Below, piece by piece: positions 59,854 to 64,000 of a stretch of DNA of 64,000 bases (position 1 is its first letter; every line of letters starts with the position of its first letter). The notes under the pieces are model-generated. The model ran no database searches and was not told the DNA's origin. It was given only the letters and a program-made list of their open reading frames with translations. The stretch comes from Candidatus Multivoradales bacterium (lineage in GTDB: Bacteria; Acidobacteriota; Thermoanaerobaculia; Multivoradales; JAHEKO01). A program made the translations under genes and the position numbers. The stretch covers positions 1,696,001-1,760,000 of the forward strand of contig CBDFIJ010000004.1 of assembly GCA_965248055.1 (NCBI GenBank), in the 5' to 3' direction.

Positions 59854-61308
59854 ATGTCCAAGACAGACCTAACCAAAACCAACCTCAAAGGCCCCGTCAG
59901 GGTCCGATTCGCCCCGTCTCCAACAGGTTTTTTACACGTTGGCGGAGCCCGCACCGCGATCTACAACCAACTGGTGACCCAAAGCTTAGGCGGAGAGTTC
60001 ATCTTACGCATCGAGGACACCGACCGAGAACGGTCAGATGCATCGATGACCAAGCAGATTGTCAGCTCCTTGCAGTGGCTGGGCTGTCACTGGGACGAAG
60101 GCCCTTTCCATCAAGCTGATGGCGTTGAGCGTCATCGCGAGCGCGCCCAGGAACTGCTCGACAGCGGCCACGCCTATCGATGTTTTTGCACCCCGGAACT
60201 GATCGCCGAACAGCGAACTGTAGTAGAGAAAAAGGGTGAGCGCTTCCGCTACCCGCGCACCTGTTTGCGGCTCACCGAATCCGAAAACGAAGCCAAGATC
60301 GCTGCGAGCGAGTCGTTCGTGGTCCGGATGCGGATGCCCGATAAACCGATCGTGGTCCACGACTTAGTGCGTGGCGATGTCGAGTTTCCTCCCGAGGCGG
60401 TCGACGACTTCATCCTGTTGCGCTCCGATGGCACCCCGACCTACCACTTGTCGGTGGTCAGCGATGACATCGACATGGGCGTGACGTTGGTCATGCGCGG
60501 CGAAGATCATCTCTCCAACACCCCCAAGCACATCGCCCTGTTTCAAGGTCTGGGAGCGGAGTTGCCGCAGTTTGGTCACCTACCTCTCATCTTGGGGCCC
60601 AACAAAAAGCGCCTCTCCAAACGTACCGGTGCCACCTCGGTCGAGGAATTTCGCGATCAGGGCATCTTGCCCCAAGCGCTTTACAACCACCTGGCGCTAC
60701 TCGGTTGGTCCCCCGGCGACGACCGCGAAGTGATGACCCAGGAAGAGATGGTCGCCGCCTTCACCGTCGAGCGCCTCAACGACTCGGCAGCCGTCTTTGA
60801 CTACGAAAAACTCGCCTGGATCAATGGCAGAACGATCTCTTCTCTCGAATATGCAGATCTGCTCCCGCACCTCCAACCATTCTTGGAAGCGGCCGGGCTG
60901 GCTGATGTCGACCCAACCAGACTGCAAGCAGTGGTCGACCTACAACGCACCCGGGCCTCCACCTTGGTCGAACTCGCTGAGCGCTCCGTTCCCTACTTTA
61001 TCGACCAACTCGACTACAACCCGGAAGCCTGCGCCAAATTCTGGAACGACCCAGAACTGAAATCTGAACTCGAGCAACTGACCGAACGCCTCGCCGCCTT
61101 GCACCCCTGGACCGAAGAATCCATCGAGGCCACCCTGCGCACCTGCGCCGACGAGCTCGAAGTCAAAGCCGGCCGCCTCATCCACCCCGTGCGCATGGCC
61201 TTAACCGAAGCCAAAGCCGGCCCGTCATTGTTCGCGTTGGTGGAGGTTATGGGGAAAGACGCCAGTCTCAAACACCTGCGTAACTTCTTAGCCGGCTGCG
61301 TCGGCTAG
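59854..61308 (+). CDS. gltX: Glutamate--tRNA ligase
   Basis: RFAPSPTGFLHVGGART, RIEDTD, RGEDH, RLSKR, anticodon-binding domain. Confidence 0.96.
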   Translation: MSKTDLTKTNLKGPVRVRFAPSPTGFLHVGGARTAIYNQLVTQSLGGEFILRIEDTDRERSDASMTKQIVSSLQWLGCHWDEGPFHQADGVERHRERAQELLDSGHAYRCFCTPELIAEQRTVVEKKGERFRYPRTCLRLTESENEAKIAASESFVVRMRMPDKPIVVHDLVRGDVEFPPEAVDDFILLRSDGTPTYHLSVVSDDIDMGVTLVMRGEDHLSNTPKHIALFQGLGAELPQFGHLPLILGPNKKRLSKRTGATSVEEFRDQGILPQALYNHLALLGWSPGDDREVMTQEEMVAAFTVERLNDSAAVFDYEKLAWINGRTISSLEYADLLPHLQPFLEAAGLADVDPTRLQAVVDLQRTRASTLVELAERSVPYFIDQLDYNPEACAKFWNDPELKSELEQLTERLAALHPWTEESIEATLRTCADELEVKAGRLIHPVRMALTEAKAGPSLFALVEVMGKDASLKHLRNFLAGCVG

Positions 61309-61358
61309 GAATCAAAGAAAGTAAGCTGCACCGCCAAGCCATCTCAAAATAAGCGGGA

Positions 61359-61727
61359 TCACAAAACACCCTTCAACTGACGATAGAAGTGGTCGTTTCG
61401 TTTGTGAAAGAGTTCCCTAAGCTCAGAAAGTTCCTCGGGAGTGTGCAACAGACCCCATAATTCCCAAGAGTCAGCAATGACTGTTGTAGAAAGCCTCGGT
61501 ACTACTTTGTGCCTAAGATCCCACTCATCCAACCGACGCTCCGCATCTACCGCAACCCGCGTGGCTATGAATAATAGCGAGCTACAACGAATGAGTCGGC
61601 CGGAGGCAGGGATTAATGCACTAATTCGACAGGTCAGAGCTGTGTGTTCTACCACTGAATGACCTTCCAAGCGCCGCGCGGACGAACCCGGACCGCGAAT
61701 ACTCAGCAGCAACAAGAAAAGTGCCAA
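61359..61727 (-). CDS. Hypothetical protein, possibly a fragment
   Basis: ORF only, in an AT-richer segment; no recognisable motif. Confidence 0.3.
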   Translation of the reverse strand: MALFLLLLSIRGPGSSARRLEGHSVVEHTALTCRISALIPASGRLIRCSSLLFIATRVAVDAERRLDEWDLRHKVVPRLSTTVIADSWELWGLLHTPEELSELRELFHKRNDHFYRQLKGVL

Positions 61728-62126
61728 ATGACCCGTTCCTCCCTCCGCACCTCAACCGTGTGGGTTCCAAGACTTCTAGCTCTAGCCCATATGTGCCCTT
61801 AGAACCTTCGTTGATTTGGCGCACATACGGATCGGCACTTCACCTTCTAGGGCGGGAGGTCAGCGCTGGCGCACAAGTTCGTCTATTCTTCTGGGGCCAC
61901 CAATCTTAACTTCTTGTGTTTCTTTCCAACATATGGATCGACCAACTCTGGGCATGCAACCGGGGGAGCACCCGCCCCATCAGGCCTCCGCCTAATGGGG
62001 CCTCTCAGGGGTACTGGACAAATACAACCTCTTGGCAGTACACCTTTCGTCGTGATGTTGTGATAAGATTTTTGACTACTAGGAAAACTAGTCGCCCAGG
62101 GGGCGCCGACCAAAAGGAGGGGTTTT

Positions 62127-62903
62127 ATGCGACTTTGTCTGGCCGGGCTGTTAACCATCGTGTTGATTGTGATGGTGCCGCACTTGGGCGCTTCCGCTCA
62201 AGAGGTTCCAATGGAGATTGATGCTCCTGCGGCCTCCGCGCAACGCTTGGGGGTCGTAGGCTACACGGGGTATCAACGCGATGGCACCAACTTTGTTATC
62301 GAAGTTGAGACTAAGGCTGGCTTCTTTGACGTTGTGCTTTCGTATCTTGAAAACGGATCGACCGCTGTAAAAATAACCGATGGCCGAGACGTGTTAATAA
62401 TCGAATTCAACGGCCCGGAAGGTACCTTCTCGGTTGAGCATATCGGTTCGATGCGAGCCTATAAAAAGACCCTCGACAAGACAAGTAAGAAGTGGCGAGA
62501 ACACCCTGGAAGCGACAAGGGCCTACTTCGTCGATTTGATAAGCTAATCAAGGTTGGTGCTGAAACGGCGGCTGCTGTTCAGAACAGCCTGCTCGTCGAC
62601 TTAGATGAGCGCTCGACCGCCGACAAAGAGAGTCGCGGCGTGAATACCACTTCGTCATTGTCGCAGGGCGGATGCTACATTCCATGCAACGGTCCATGGG
62701 TGCGGGGTAGCGCGTCCATTTATTGGACCCGCTCTGCGTGTTGTGCTTCAGCTTTACAAGATGCCCACAATCAATGTTGGACGCAGTACTGTATCGGCTG
62801 CTGCGAGTTGCGCTCATGTGATGCAGCCTGCGGCTTTGATGACTACTTTTGTGCGACCTGTGGGGTCTCCGGTAGAAATTGTGGATTGTTGTGTTGCACC
62901 TAG
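62127..62903 (+). CDS. Secreted precursor with a 76-aa C-terminal domain containing 15 Cys
   Basis: RBS AAGGAGG, signal peptide ending ASA-Q, S/T linker, QGG|CYIPC...LLCCT. Confidence 0.75.
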   Translation: MRLCLAGLLTIVLIVMVPHLGASAQEVPMEIDAPAASAQRLGVVGYTGYQRDGTNFVIEVETKAGFFDVVLSYLENGSTAVKITDGRDVLIIEFNGPEGTFSVEHIGSMRAYKKTLDKTSKKWREHPGSDKGLLRRFDKLIKVGAETAAAVQNSLLVDLDERSTADKESRGVNTTSSLSQGGCYIPCNGPWVRGSASIYWTRSACCASALQDAHNQCWTQYCIGCCELRSCDAACGFDDYFCATCGVSGRNCGLLCCT

Positions 62904-62933
62904 TCAGGTGAATTTCGTTTTTCGCGGATTGTT

Positions 62934-63074
62934 GTGTTAGCTGCTGATATTGGTTTTACCGAAGTTGTCCTCGTGGTCTCGCTTGCGGTAGCGAAGCTGG
63001 GCTTATTTGCGGCCGTAGCGCTGTGGGTGGTCAGGGTGTTGAGAAAGAGAGGTTCGAGCCGAGAAAACCCTTGA
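62934..63074 (+). CDS. Putative 46-aa single-TM peptide
   Basis: GTG start, LAADIGFTEVVLVVSLAVAKLGLFAAVALWVVRVLRKR...; in frame with the upstream gene after its TAG. Confidence 0.4.
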   Translation: MLAADIGFTEVVLVVSLAVAKLGLFAAVALWVVRVLRKRGSSRENP

Positions 63075-63125
63075 GGCAAAGCGGTTTTTGCTGGGGTTCC
63101 TTCATTTGGCGCCGCTTGGGCCACC

Positions 63126-63494
63126 CTATATTTTTATTTTTCGGCGCCGATTTTCTTCGCGGCGCTTCTGTCTCTCCGGTGTATCTTCAAGCCGTTTTTC
63201 AAGGTGGTCGGCTAGTTCGCCGAAGACGTCATCAACTTTCTCAAATGGTATTTTTTTGATGAGAAGCTGCTTGCGAACCGCAGGGGGCGACAGGACCCAG
63301 GTGATTACTTGTTGGTCGTTCATGTTGGTCAAGCGAGTCAGGTCTTCACCCGAAAGGCCTTCGACCGCTTTTTCGTAGGCACCCTTAAACTCAGGGTCTT
63401 CAAGTTTCTCCAGAAGCTGTTTTGCTCCTTCGCGATTCTTTACTAGTTCGGCTGTTGTCGCTCCTGCTTCCTTCCATCCTCTACCTTGACTCAT
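63126..63494 (-). CDS. Hypothetical helical protein
   Basis: ORF with AGAGGT RBS; charged and helical; no family recognised. Confidence 0.5.
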   Translation of the reverse strand: MSQGRGWKEAGATTAELVKNREGAKQLLEKLEDPEFKGAYEKAVEGLSGEDLTRLTNMNDQQVITWVLSPPAVRKQLLIKKIPFEKVDDVFGELADHLEKRLEDTPERQKRREENRRRKIKI

Positions 63495-63533
63495 TTTTCA
63501 CTACCTCTTCTTCCTGGGTTTCCCTGGGCCTAG

Positions 63534-64000
63534 GAGCTTGCTGAAAAACCCCACCACCGGACCATAACGATTCTATAATTGGGAATAGGAGATTTTGATG
63601 CGTGGATCGGATCAAGGTCAGGGATCAATGTTCAGCTACGTTGACCTGGAACGGCGAATTCCTCGGTCTCATCCGTTGCGGCGGATCCGAAGTTTGATGG
63701 ACGAAGCTCTTGTAGAGCTATCGGAGCGTTTTGAGACGGTCTACGCTTCGAGTGGTCGTCCTTCGATTCCCCCCGAGCGTCTGCTCCGAGCATTGCTGCT
63801 TCAAGTGCTCTTCAGCGTGCGTAGTGAACGCCAGCTGATGGAGCAACTTGAGTACAACCTTCTATTTCGCTGGTTTGTCGGTCTTGGTATCGACGAGCGG
63901 GTGTGGGACGCGACGACGTTTTGCAAGAACCGAGAGCGCTTGCTCGAAGGTTCGATCGCGGAAGAACTGTTTGCAGCGGTGCTGTCTCAAGCCGAGGACC
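63534..64000 (+). mobile_element. IS element left end (IS5/IS1182-like), truncated by the window
   Basis: CTAG followed by GAGCTTGCTGAAAAA terminal-like sequence upstream of the transposase. Confidence 0.75.
63598..64000 (+). CDS. IS5-family (DUF772-type) transposase, 5' part
   Basis: Manual translation MRGSDQGQGSMFSYVDLERRIPRSHPLR...GRPSIPPERLLRALLLQ..SVRSERQLMEQL.YNLLFRWFVGL. Confidence 0.92.
   Translation, partial: MRGSDQGQGSMFSYVDLERRIPRSHPLRRIRSLMDEALVELSERFETVYASSGRPSIPPERLLRALLLQVLFSVRSERQLMEQLEYNLLFRWFVGLGIDERVWDATTFCKNRERLLEGSIAEELFAAVLSQAED

Overview
Bacterial chromosomal window, GC-rich. Na+-NQR, a TonB receptor and OM beta-barrels point to a diderm, probably marine organism; Acidobacteriota-like is only my guess. 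Contents from left to right: (1) an aroF-trpE-G-D-CF-B-A operon under an unannotated Trp leader peptide (WWW) and attenuator, with a second, Trp-blind copy of that attenuator about 1 kb upstream and a 41-bp palindromic repeat on each side of an FGE-family gene; (2) a secreted Ig-like protein plus a large Asp-box/Ig/C-terminal beta-barrel protein; (3) tRNA-Ser(TGA); (4) a frameshifted carbamoyltransferase-SxtJ-SxtK-like cassette; (5) MscS, ArsR with a tiny CC peptide, a DUF4407-like gene and an AT-richer nuclease-STAND ATPase-helical repeat gene (candidate antiphage); (6) an intein-split Rv2578c-type radical SAM gene beside lexA-imuA-imuB-dnaE2; (7) an ECF sigma remnant, an IclR/CoA-transferase cluster and a TonB receptor; (8) the nqrABCDEF-apbE...nqrM operon, with a perfect Rex box, an ERIC-like insert and an inserted metalloprotease; (9) a PNPOx-amidohydrolase fusion, tkt and an O-antigen ligase; (10) tRNA-Ser(GCT) with a fold-back arm and a ~90-bp tRNA-derived repeat array; (11) SSADH and gltX, then an AT-richer patch with a 15-Cys secreted precursor and an IS5-type transposase cut by the window edge. 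All calls come from reading motifs by eye; no searches were run.
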